Part shown: positions 12,162 through 23,596 of the stretch, piece after piece
Layout: every line of letters begins with the position of its first letter
How positions within the stretch are numbered: position 1 is the first letter of the stretch
NCBI GenBank assembly: GCA_964016885.1
Contig: OZ024740.1
Span: 212,040,001-212,104,000 of the forward strand
DNA from: Eledone cirrhosa
Lineage: Eukaryota
Reading direction: 5' to 3'
Length of the DNA: 64,000 nt
Position numbers and translations under genes: made by a program
The notes under the pieces: generated by a model
Told to the model about the DNA's origin: nothing
The model's input: only the letters and a program-made list of their open reading frames with translations
Database searches by the model: none

Positions 12162-15100
12162 TTTCTTTATTAGCCACAAGGGCGTAACAAGAAAAGGGGA
12201 CAATACAAAGACATGCCGGGGATTTTACATACAGTCGTGTAAAAAATATAAAAACAAACAATTTCATCAATCGAAATCCCCAATAGGGGGTAAGCGCCAA
12301 AAATGGCTTGTTTAATACCCCGTCGATCGAACAACCCTCAACTCCAGGAGCGTGTTGTGCAAGTGCTCCTTTCTTCCTTTTGCTCTCTTCCTCAACCTAC
12401 AGGCTTATAAACAGAGAAGGCCCAATCACTCGGGCCATTTTCGCTTCATTCACCCACCTTTCAGTAAATTTACTGGGGTGCAGTGCCTCTCTCTCCACCC
12501 TGATTCTCCTTCTAAAGTGATACTTAAAGAAGGGAATCAATTGTTGTCCGCAGAGAAAGGCATCTGTCCTCAGTCCTCTCAACCTCGTCTACCATATAAC
12601 TTCTTTCACCATAGCCACCGTACAGAGGAAAGCCGCCTCTCTTTCGTTTTTGAAAGAGGCTGGCGGTTTGATCCTTACTATGGACTCGGCAGTCAACTGG
12701 ATTTGTCCCATACGCGACAGCAGTTGTTCTGCATAGTTCCACAGGTCGCTTACGCCCGGGCAGTGTACAATTGCGTGCAGAACTGTTTCAATGTCCTGCG
12801 CACATCTTGGACACGTCCTCTTGGAAGGATGACTGCCAGGGCGTCCGTGCCTGTAGATCTTGTCACGAACCGGTAGAGCTCCTCGGTAGCACTGCCAGGC
12901 CAGGGACCTCTGGAAGTTGTCCATAGGTCCCGGGCGGAAAGTCCTACCAAACAGACTGGTGAGCTCATCTTCTTCGACGCCCAGAGTCTCTCCGAGCACG
13001 TCGTCGCCCTTGTAACGTACAATCCCTCTATAGAATGTCGAAGTGGAGTCTCCACTGATTGCTGCGCCCGCTTGCCAGAGGACTGTGAGCGCCTGAGCCC
13101 ATTCAATGTGCCAGGCGCCCATCGTTTTCGGTCTTTTCTTCACCCAGGACTGCAGCTCCGTTAGCGAGACGAGCTGTGGGAAAGCCTGTCTCACAAACGG
13201 TGCCCACACCGGTTGGGGGTCGGTGAGGAATACCTGGAGATGCCGCAGCCTCAGCGCATGTTTGCGCATCATCAGCCACGGCATTCCCAGCCCTCTGTTG
13301 GAAGGGTGCTGACAGCAGACGGATCTCCTCACCAGCGGAGCCTGCTTCTTCCACAGAAATTAGAAGAGCATGCGTTCCATCTTGGCGAGGTGTTCACGGG
13401 GACACGGCACGACAGTCAAGCGGTAGTAGATGACGGACGCTATGAAAGTTTTCGCCACCTCCGATCGACATTTCAAGGACAGTTTGCACTCTGCCCACTT
13501 CTGAGTGAGTGCAAACACCTTGGCCGTGACCTCGTTCCAGTTTTTCTCCAACTGGAGGTCTGGACCGAACCAGAGCCCGAGCAATTTCACCGGTCCGTCC
13601 GTCTAGCGTCCAACGACGCTGTCGGATGTAATCGGTTTGCCTCTCCACGTACCGAGTTGCAAACCGACAGACATGTCTGGGTTTAATTTTGCTCCCGTCA
13701 GCGTTTCGTATTCTTTCAGTAAGTTGCCGATCACCCCGATTTCTGAGGTGCTCGACACCATTACCGTTACGTCGTCGGCATAAGCCGACGCCGCTTTGCG
13801 CAGTCCCGGTTCTAGGGGGATGCCCTGCAACAGCTCCAATTTCCGCAGTAGTGGCTCTAGAGTCAATACATACAGAATGGAGGAGAGAGGGCATCCCTGT
13901 CGAATGGAATGCGTGATTGCGAACGGCTCCGATAGGTAGCCATTCACCTTGACCCTCGAGCAGATGCTGGTGTGCATCGCCTCGATCCATCCTCTGAACA
14001 TGGGACCGAAACTGGCCGCCTTGAGAACCGCTTCCAAGTATCGATGGTCGACCCTATCGAATGCCTTAGACTGATCCAAGTTGATCAGAGCCCCACCGAA
14101 GCCGGGTTTACTACCCACCCTCTCTATGATGTATCGCATGAAGTGGAGGTTGTCGTGTATGGATCTGGTCGGGATTGCACACGTTTGCGCTTTCCCTACC
14201 AGTTTCTCGACGACAAGCGCCAGCCTCGTCACTAGCACCTTGGCCAAAATTTTTAACTCTGTGTTGAGCCTGTGTTTAACTCTTATGGGCCTGAAGTTGT
14301 TAATTTCGTCCACCTTGTTCTCGTCTTTCCTGATCAGCGTTACTACGCCCTTGCCTGCAGAACTGGGAATTCTCCCGTTCTGCTGCCAATTGCAGTAGAC
14401 GGCTTCGAGAACGCCAGAGAACAAGTCTGGCATGCCTATGTAAAATTCGTAGGGTAGACCATCTAGACCGGGTGACTTGCGTTTCCCGCAGCGGCCCAGA
14501 GCGTCCCGTACCTAAGTGTCCGTGATCGGTCTTTCGCAGAACTCGGCTTCCGTGTTCGAGAGACGCGGCAGGCCGTCGAGGTATGAACTAAAGTCCATTG
14601 CCCCGTTCGGCTCACCGTCGTTCTGCTCAAACAGTCGCGCAAAGTGCCGCTGAAAGGCCGCGCACATTTGCTTGGGGTCAAGATGCACGCGTCCGTTTTT
14701 GTCTTTCAAAGACCGAATCGTGGTCTTGTTGCCACTTTTTGCCTCCGCCACTCGGGCCCAGCTGACAGCTTTCGCTCCTTCGTTTCCTAGAGCACGTGTT
14801 TTGCTTCTGACCACGCAGCCTTCGTGTTTCGCATCGAAGAACTGGTCCAGTGCCGTTCTCGACGCTAACACTCTAGCCGCGTTGCCACTTCTAAGTGCCT
14901 CATCTACCTTGGCTACTAGTTCTCTTTCTATTCTGTTTCCTCTCCTCCTCCTTTTAAACAGTACGGAAACACTTCCGTAGTGTTTTCCTCGCTGGAGAAA
15001 ATCGACATTTGCTAGAATTTCCTTGAAAGAATCTTCTATATCTGCTTGATTAACAAATGTCGGCTTTCTTGACGAATTTAACACAGTCCTAAAAGTGACT

Positions 15101-15760
15101 GATCGGCGGTTTGTGTTTTCCTTTATTTCAAGGGGTGAGTTAATTCTAAACCCACCTCTTTCTTCGAAAGTTACACATTTTCTCCCTTGCTGGAGCATAT
15201 CTCTTGCGTTGGAGATATCAAGATTTATAAGATCTTGTTTCTTGTTCACTGTGTCAGCGAAAGACATTTTCTTTTTTTGTGTGGTGTTGCTGTTGATGAT
15301 GTTGTTATCTTTATTGGAAATCTCAGTTCCTTGTCGAGGTGAAACTTTATGTGTAGATGTATCTGTAGAGTTGTTGATGTCTTTTTCATGTGTATGTATG
15401 TCAATGGGTTTTTTTGCTGTGTTTTCCTGTGTGTTATTGTTATTTTCTTCCGCGGTAGAAATTGTAAAATTTTCAAATGTTAATATATTTTTTTCTTTTG
15501 TGACAGTTGTATCTATGGCGACGTCCATAGTAGCAGAAGCAGATGTGTTGCTCAAGTTATTTACTTTGTAAAATCTGATATTTTAAAACAAATTTTTAAA
15601 ATAAAATGTTCGCCCCTACAGGGGCGAAAAATGGAATTACCACCCTGCTGACAATTCAGCTTGGGGGTTAATCTACAAAGTGTTGTGTTTTTTCAAACAA
15701 TTAGATCGTTTTTTTGCATAGAAATTAACAAAAAAGCTTACCGGCGATGTTCCACACGTC
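12162..15760 (-). mobile_element. Tx1-like LINE A; both ends present, internal deletion fusing ORF1 N-half to post-endonuclease ORF2
   Basis: RT motifs LDQSKAFDRV, RQGCPLS, YADD; C-terminal CPRC..ETVLH..HC; in-frame fusion near 14945; several stops and frameshifts. Confidence 0.9.
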
Positions 15761-15772
15761 AGACAGAAAGAG

Positions 15773-17256
15773 AGAGGCAGACCGATGCCTTCCGATGGCG
15801 TCGTCGGACGCTGGACGGAAGGACCGGTAAAGCTGCTCGGGGTCTGGTTTGGTCCGGACCTCCAGGTGGAGAAGAACTGGAACGAAGTGACGGCCAAGGT
15901 ATTTTCACTCACCCAGAAGTGGGCCGAGTGCAAACTATCCTTGAAAGGTCGAGCGGAGGTGGCGAACACTTTTATAGCGTCCGCCATCTACTACCGCTTG
16001 ACCGTCGTGCCTTGTCCAGCCAAAACGCTCGCCAAAATGGAGCGCGCCCTCTTACGATTCCTTTGGAAGAGGCGGGCTACTTTGGTAAGAAGATCCATCT
16101 GCTGCCAACACCCTTCTAACGGAGGGCTGGGGATGCCGTGGTTGACGATGCGCAAACACGCGCTCAGACTGCGGCATCTCTACGTATTCCTCACCGGACA
16201 ACCGGTGTGGGCCCCGTTCGTGAGGCGAGCCTTCCCACGAATCGTCTCGCTGACCGAGCTGCAGTCCTGGGTCAAGCAGAGACCGAGGAAAATGGGCGAC
16301 TGGCACATCGAATGTGCTCAGGCGCTCACAGCCCTCTGGCAGGCGGACCCGGCGATCAGTGGAGACTCCACTTCGTCATTCTATAGAGGGTTGGTCCGCA
16401 GAAAGTGCGACGACGCGCTCGGTGAAACTCTAGGCGTCGAGGAAGATGAACTGGCCAGTCTGTTCGGTAGGACCTTCCGCCCGGGACCGATGGACAACTT
16501 CCAAAAGTCCCTGGCCTGGCAGTGCTACCGAGGAGCTCTACCAGTTCGAGACAAGCTCTACAGACATGGGCGCCCGGGCAGGGACCCTACAAAAAAGATC
16601 TGTCCGAGGTGCGTGCGAGACAAAGAAACCGTTGCGCACGCATTCATACACTGCCCGGGCGTCACTGACCTGTGGGACTATGTAGAACGACTATTGTCGC
16701 CGGTGGGACCAATCCAGTTGACCACCGAGTCCATTGTCATGATCAAACCGCCACCCTCCTTCAAAAACGAAGGAGAGGCGGTTTTCCTTTGTGTGATAGC
16801 TATGGCGAAAGAGGTTGTATGGTGGACAAGGTTGAAAGGGCTGAGGTCAGACACCTTTCTCTCCGGCCAACAACTGATTCTTTTTTTCAAATACCACTTT
16901 GGAAGAAGAATCAGGATGGAGAGAGAGGTGCTGTACCCCAGCAAGTTTTATGAAAGGTGGGTGAAAGTGGCGAGAATGGCCCGAGTGAATGGGCCTTCTC
17001 TCTATATCAGCCTGTAGGTTGAGGAAAAGGAGGAGGAGAGGAAAGGAGTACAAGCTCTTCGTACTCCTGGAGATGAGGGTTGCACATTTTTTTTTCGGGG
17101 GTATGTGTTACCCATATAAACTGTCTCCCTCTATTGGGGAAAATCGACTAACTTTTAAATTCCATCTGTGATAACATTTTACACGTTTTTATTGTATGTA
17201 ACCTTCCCCCTTTGTATTTGTCCCCTTCTTTTGTGCCCCTGTGGCTAATAAAGAAA
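15773..17256 (+). mobile_element. Tx1-like LINE B, 5'-truncated (ORF2 C-terminal 410 aa + 3'UTR)
   Basis: ORF 15785..17017 paralogous to A, D and E; ends AATAAAGAAA then (TCTA)n. Confidence 0.9.
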
Positions 17257-17275
17257 TATATCTATCTATCTATCA

Positions 17276-17610
17276 GACGTGTGTAACTTCGCGGAGAAGT
17301 TTCCGTTAATTTATGTAAGAAAAAAACGTGAGTTTTTAGTTAAATTTTATATCATTGTGTAACTTGACCACCCGTCTGAACTTTCAGGTGGTGGGTCAAC
17401 TCATTTTCGCCCCTATAGGGGCGGAATATCCATTTAAAAAATTTTTCTCCATCGAATCTTGGAAAAAATATTGTAAAATTTTGATTACGTTATGAACGCT
17501 GCGTGCAACGATAATGGTGGTGGAGAGGCGGTAAGACTACAAAGCTCGCAGTCAACAACTTCTTCTTCACTAGATACTATAGAGATGGAAAGACAGAATG
17601 AAAATGTAAA
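17276..17610 (+). mobile_element. 5' end (C') of a family-C Tx1 element, inverted relative to C
   Basis: Reverse complement of ~19553-19884 with several substitutions; ORF1 start MNAACNDNGGGEAVR. Confidence 0.9.
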
Positions 17611-19884
17611 AATGGCTACCACATCCAAACTGTGCGACCTGAGGTCGTTTAAGAGTTTGCCCTGTTTCCAGGGCATCCCCAGGCCGCGTACGTTCACACA
17701 TCCAATTCTTATATTGGCCATGTTGGTGCTGAAAAGTTAAAAGAGGAAAAGAGATCACTCACCCTTCGCCTCCTGGGGACCAGGCCGCACGATTTCCATG
17801 GGGGTGTTGGAGGGGTTGTCTGGATGGGTGGTGGTTTCCGGCGGGGTGGGGACGCAGATGTTTGGTGGGGTGGGGTCTGGTGGAATGGGGGTGTCTGGGG
17901 TGGGGAGACATTTGAGAAGGACGCGGTTGAGTGGTTTCACGCAGGAATTCCCCACATCCTTCTCAAATGTTTCTTTTAGGGACCTATAAGTTTGTATAGG
18001 GACCCTAATCAGTTTTAGGTTCAGTTTTTTGCTATTTTTTATAGAGTGGGCGAAAGTTTTCCCTTCGGTGAAAACCGAAGGGTCGTTCGTGATGGTCTCC
18101 ATTAGTGTTTTGTTTTCAGTGTTTATGTAAGTGTAAGTGTAATTTTCTTGTGTTGTGTTTGTTTTTATCTGTAGTTCTTGTGTGTGCTTTCGTTTTGTTG
18201 TAGGTATTTTGTTTTCAGGAGGTGGGGGTTTGGTTTGTGATATTTTTGTTGTTTGTGTTGGTGGTTGTATGTTTGTGGTAGTGTTTGCTGGGTTTTTGCT
18301 TTTGTGATGTCTTTTCTTTCTTTTCGAGCGATGGGGTTCTCCCTCGTCTTCACTGGGTGATGGCGAGATAGCCTCATCTGTTGTATCGTCTGTGTGATTG
18401 GGGAGGGGTATGTCTTGGGGAGCTGTTGTGTCTGTATGTGATTTTGCAGTGGTTTTAGGTGGAGTGGGGTTGGGTGGGACTGTGTTTGTTGTGGTTATTT
18501 TTGTGTGTTGGTGTTGTTGTTGTGGTGGTGTTGGTGGTTGTGTTGTTTTGATGGGTGTCGGCAGAAGAGCCTTTTTTTGGTTCATTAGTTTAGGACAGGA
18601 AGCCCTCAGGTGACCCCTGCTAAAGCAATGGTAACATGAAGGCCGCCTACCCTCAACCGAAAGGTTTATGTAGGTAAGTCCGTCCAGGAGTACACGCTGT
18701 GGGATCATAGCTATTCGCTCTGGGCTCATTTGCACCAGAACTTCAATGCTAGTCCCATTGAATACATCTCTGGGGGACTTTCCTACTGACAGTATTCTGT
18801 CTTCATCAAAATTGATGAAGCCGCACAGTATCCACCATATGTTCACCTTTGGTGTGACACTTGTGATTCTGATCTTTTGTGTCCTTTTTCCCATGTATGT
18901 AGGGAAAAAGGTGTACAGGTTGGATACAATTGGCGACACAGAGTAATTTTGGGCCGTCAATTGATCCTTCATCAGTACCGAAATACTCCCAAAAAGTTTG
19001 CTTCTTTGAATGAATGCAATATCATTCATTGAATCTTTGAAAACCAGTTCAATATCTTTCTGGGACAATTGGACTGGTTTTCGGGTAGAATTGGAAACTG
19101 TCCTAAAAACTATCGTTTTGAGAGCAGTTTCCTTGCGAATTTCTACCGGAGAATTGATGCTGAAAGCACCATTTTTTTCGAAGGTGACATATCTCTTAGC
19201 GTCCTTTAAAAGGTGTTCAGCATTTGTTATGTCGAGATATATCAATTGTTCTTTCTTTTGAACTTTCTCCGCAAAGGAGATTTTTGGTTTCTTTGTGGAA
19301 TCCGTATTGGTGGTGTTGTCATTATTGTTGTTATTCTTGTTGTTATTCTTGTTGTCACCGATGTTGGTATCATCCGTATTTTCCTTGGTGTTGTTGTTGT
19401 CTTTGATGCTGGTGTTATTGGCGTTGTCTTTATTTTTTTCTTTGTTGTTGTTATCATTGTTGCTTTTATCATCATTATTGGTTTTGCTGTTATTTTTGTT
19501 GTCATTGAGCTGTTTGGTGTCATTTGTGTTGTTTGGATGTGAATTCGTTTTTTTATTTTCATTTTGTCTTTCCATCTCTATAGTATCTAGTGAAGAAGAC
19601 GTTGTTGACTGCGAGCTTTGTAGTCTTACCGCCTCTCCACCACCATTATCGTTGGACGCAGCGTTCATAACGTAATCAAAATTTTACAATATTTTTTCGA
19701 AGATTCGATGGAGAAAAATTTTTTAAATGGATATTCCGCCCCTGAAGGGGCGAAAATGAGTTGACCCACCACCTGAAGGTCCAGACGGGTGGTCAAGTTA
19801 CACAATGATATAAAATTGAACTAAAAACTCACGTTTTTTCCTTACATAAATTAACGGAAACTTCTCCGCGAAGTGACACACGAC
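17611..19884 (-). mobile_element. Tx1-like LINE C, 3'-truncated ~37 codons into ORF2
   Basis: 5'UTR, intact ORF1, ORF2 start MANIRIGCVNVRGL at 17721. Confidence 0.9.
17755..19668 (-). CDS. ORF1 (Gag-like nucleic-acid-binding protein) of element C, 637 aa, intact
   Basis: Zinc knuckle CYHCFSRGHLRASC (CX2CX4HX4C), Asn-rich N-terminus, Pro/Thr-rich C-half. Confidence 0.85.
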   Translation of the reverse strand: MNAASNDNGGGEAVRLQSSQSTTSSSLDTIEMERQNENKKTNSHPNNTNDTKQLNDNKNNSKTNNDDKSNNDNNNKEKNKDNANNTSIKDNNNTKENTDDTNIGDNKNNNKNNNNNDNTTNTDSTKKPKISFAEKVQKKEQLIYLDITNAEHLLKDAKRYVTFEKNGAFSINSPVEIRKETALKTIVFRTVSNSTRKPVQLSQKDIELVFKDSMNDIAFIQRSKLFGSISVLMKDQLTAQNYSVSPIVSNLYTFFPTYMGKRTQKIRITSVTPKVNIWWILCGFINFDEDRILSVGKSPRDVFNGTSIEVLVQMSPERIAMIPQRVLLDGLTYINLSVEGRRPSCYHCFSRGHLRASCPKLMNQKKALLPTPIKTTQPPTPPQQQHQHTKITTTNTVPPNPTPPKTTAKSHTDTTAPQDIPLPNHTDDTTDEAISPSPSEDEGEPHRSKRKKRHHKSKNPANTTTNIQPPTQTTKISQTKPPPPENKIPTTKRKHTQELQIKTNTTQENYTYTYINTENKTLMETITNDPSVFTEGKTFAHSIKNSKKLNLKLIRVPIQTYRSLKETFEKDVGNSCVKPLNRVLLKCLPTPDTPIPPDPTPPNICVPTPPETTTHPDNPSNTPMEIVRPGPQEAKGE

Positions 19885-20126
19885 TGATAGATAGATAGAT
19901 AGATAGATAGATTTCTTTATTTACCATAAAGGCATAAAAAGAAGGGACAAATACAAAGGGGGAGTTTACGTGCAATCGAGTAAAAAGGATATAAAATGAA
20001 AATAATCGAAAATAACCTCAAAAGGGAGGGGACGTGATGGGGGTTGCACACACCCCCGAAAAAGTGTGCAATCCTTTGCCCGGGGAGTACATGGAGAAGG
20101 TGCTCCCCTCTCCTTCACTTTTTTAC

Positions 20127-23100
20127 CTACAGGATGGTATACAGAGAAGGCCCATTTACACGAGCCATTCTCGCCACTATCACCCACCTTTCAGAAAACT
20201 GCCTGTGGCCAAGCACCTCTCTCTCCATTCTTATCCTTCTTCCGAAGTGATATCGGAAGAAGTAGACCAGACTATGGCCAGAGAGGAAGTTGCCTGACCT
20301 CAGACCTTTCAATCGTGTCCAGCAAACAACCTCTTTCAACATGGCTATTACGCACAGAAAAACCCCCTTTGCTTCCTTTGTGAAGAGGGGAGGCGGTTTG
20401 ATTGTCATCACGGACTCGGCGGTCAATTGAATCGGCGCCACCCGCGACAGCAGTCGTTCGGCGTAGCCCCACAGATCAGCCACGCCCGGACATTGCACCA
20501 ATGCGTGCGCAACGGTTTCTTCGTGACGCACGCATCTAGGGAAAATCTTTTTTGAGGGATCCCTGCCCGGGCGCCCGTGTCTGTAGAGCCTCTCTCGAAC
20601 GGGTAGAGCCCCCCGGTAGCACTGCCAGGCTAGTGACTTCTGGAAGTTGTCCATTGGTCCCGGGCCGAAAGTCCTACCGAACAGTCTGGCCAGTTCGTCC
20701 TCTTCCATGTCCAGCGACTCTCCAAGGGTGTCATCGCCCCTGCTAGCCAACAGCCCTCTATAGAATGATGAGGTGGATTCTCCACCGATGGCCTGGCCCC
20801 CTTGCCAGAGAGCCCTGAGCGCCTGAGCACACTCAGTGTGCCAGTCTCCCAGTTTTCCGGATCTTTGCTTGACCCAGGACTGCAGCTCGGTGAGCGAGAC
20901 GAGTCTCGGAAAGGCTCGTTTCACGAACGGAGCCCACACCGGTTGACCAGTGAGGAATACCTGTAGGTGCCGTAGCCTTAATGCGTGCCTACGCATCATC
21001 AACCACGGCATCCCCAGCCCTCCTTTCGAAGGTTGTTGGCAGCAGATGGATCTTCTCACCATAGGAGGGCGCTTCTTCCAAAGAAATTGGAAGAGCATGC
21101 GTTCCATGGTGGTGAGTGTTTCCTTAGGGCAAGGCACGACAGTCAGGCGGTAGTAAGTGACGGACGCTATGTAAATGTTCGCCACCTCCGCCCGGCCTTT
21201 TAGGGACAGCCTACACTTGGCCCATTTCTGGGTTAGTGCAAACACCTTGTTCGTAACCTCGTCCCAGTTCTTTTCCACCTGGAGGTCCGGTCCAAACCAG
21301 ACCGCAAGCAACTTTACCGGGCCCTCCGTCCAGTGTCCGACGACACCGTCGGGAGGCATCGGTCTGCCTCTCCACGTTCTGAGTTGCAACCCGATGGATT
21401 TTTCCTGGTTCAGTTTCGCTCCTGACAACCTTTCGTAATCCTCCAGTAAGGTACCGATCGCCTCGATTTCCGAGTCGGTCGATACCATTACTGTTACGTC
21501 ATCGGCGTAGGCCGACACCGCTTTGCTCAATCCTGGTTCCAGGGGGATACCCTGCAACAACTCTAACTTCCTCAGTAAAGGCTCGAGAGTCAATACGTAC
21601 AGAAGGGAGGAGAGAGGGCACCCCTGTCGAATGGATCGTGTGATTTCGAACGGCTTCGAAAGGTAGCCGTTCACCTTGATCCTAGAACAGATGTGGTTGC
21701 TATGTAAGGCAGTGATCCAGCCTCTGAAAACAGGACCGAACCCAGCCGCCGCTAGCACCGCATCCAGGTAACCATGGTCGACCCTATCGAAGGCCTTAGA
21801 CTGATCCAAGTTGATCAGGGCCCCACCGAAGCCGGGTTTGTTGCCAACCCTCTCTATGATGTATCGCATGAGGTGGAGGTTATCGTGAATGGACCTGGAT
21901 GGGATAGCACATGTCTGCGCATCTCCCACCAGGCCACCCACGACAAGCGCCAACCTCTTTGCTAACACCTTGGCCAAAATCTTTAACTCTGTGTTTAGCA
22001 GGGTTATGGGCCGAAAATTATTTATACTATCCCCTTGTTCTCGTCCTTCCTCACCAGCGAGACTACGCCCTTGGCTACAGAACAAGGAATTCTCCCGTTC
22101 TGCTGCCAATTGCAGTAGACCGCTTCGAGGAGTTCGGAGAAGAAGACCGGCATTGCTAAATAAAATTCGTAAGGTATACCATCGAGACCTGGAGATTTGC
22201 GTCTGCTGCATTGGCTCAGCGCATCTCCGATCTCATCAGCCGAGATTGGTCCCTCGCAGGACTCTGCCTCTTCGCTCGAGAGACGCGGCAGGCCGTCGAG
22301 GTATGGACCGAAATCCACGTCCCCGCCCGGACCCTCGCATCCCCCGAATAATCGGGCAAAGTGCCTTTGAAAGGCCTCGCACATCTGCTTAGGCTCCCGG
22401 ATCACCCGTCCATCCTCGTCTTGCAACGACCGGATGGTTGATCGATTTCCACTCTTAGCTTCTGTCACGCGGGCCCAGCCAACGGCTTTGGCCCCCTCAT
22501 TACCTAGAGCACGTATTTTACTTCGAATGACGCAGCCTTCGTGCTTTGCATCGAAAAACTGGTTCAAGGCCGTCCTCGATGCCAGCACTCTGGCCACATC
22601 TTCGCTCTTGATTGCCTCTTCTAATTTACCTGTTAATTCTTTCTCGTTTCTATTCCTATCGGCAGCTAACATCTTGCTATAACTTATTGATTCTGTTCTA
22701 ATCTCTCTTTTGAGAGATGCCCACCATCGGTTGTTGACGATTGCACCCGTCAACCTCTCCTTAACTAATCTGCTAATCCGGTTTCTGTAAGTCTCTTTTG
22801 CCGGTAAAGACAAATTAAGTTTCCAGTAACCGGGACCCTGTTTATGTGTTTTCTCGAGGTTGACTATGCAGGTCACTAATTTGTGATCCGTATAGCCAAC
22901 CGTGTGCATTTCTGGACAGCTTAATATGTCCCTATCCTTACTTCTAACTAAGAATCTATCTAAGTACGATCTAGATTGACCACTGTGGTTTCTCCAAGTC
23001 CAGGTAGGCACAGTTGGAAAATCTAGTCGATATCTATCGACCAAGTTAAAACGGTCGAGTAACCCCTTGAGGCTGTTACACCCCCCTCTATTAGGACATG

Positions 23101-23562
23101 CTCCTGCATAGTCCCAACGTGCATCTAGGATGTCATTCCAATCCCCCGCTAGAAGCAGGGAACGCGACGTTCCCAGAAAAGTCTCCAAACGCTGGAAGAA
23201 GTCGGGCCGTTCAGCTCCGAAAGGGGAGTAGACGGCGACCAGTCTCAAGGCCGCACCTTCACTACTGCCAACGTCTAGCACCAACAAACGACCCTCCGGG
23301 TCCGAGTGCACAACCTGTACGGCAAGACCCAGGTGTTTTTGCAGCAGTACGACAACCCCACCCCACCTCCAGGTTGACAGAGAGATGCATGCACCTCAAA
23401 GTCATCGAAGGTAGGGGCCAGCTGCCGCACGACGCTGATCCGAGTTTCACAGATAACCATTACATTTATACCACATGACCTGAGGTCATTTAGAAGCTTT
23501 GCTTGCTTCCAAGTTGAGCCCAGGCCACGTGCATTCAAACATCCTACTCTTAACACATCCAT
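20127..23562 (-). pseudogene. ORF2 of D (APE endonuclease + reverse transcriptase), frameshifted near 23300 and 22030
   Basis: VGCLNARGL, ICETR, AGDWN, SYLDRFL, TDH; QGCPLS, YADD. Confidence 0.85.
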
Positions 23563-23596
23563 GTGGGCGGCAGAGCCAAAGGAGAGTGTAGAGACC

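Noticed and set aside
17729-17762. 34-nt mini-intron (GTGAGT...TTTCAG) fusing ORF1 to ORF2 in C
   Set aside because: Very short, would be out of frame with the ORF2 ATG, and D and E have no AG in the spacer.
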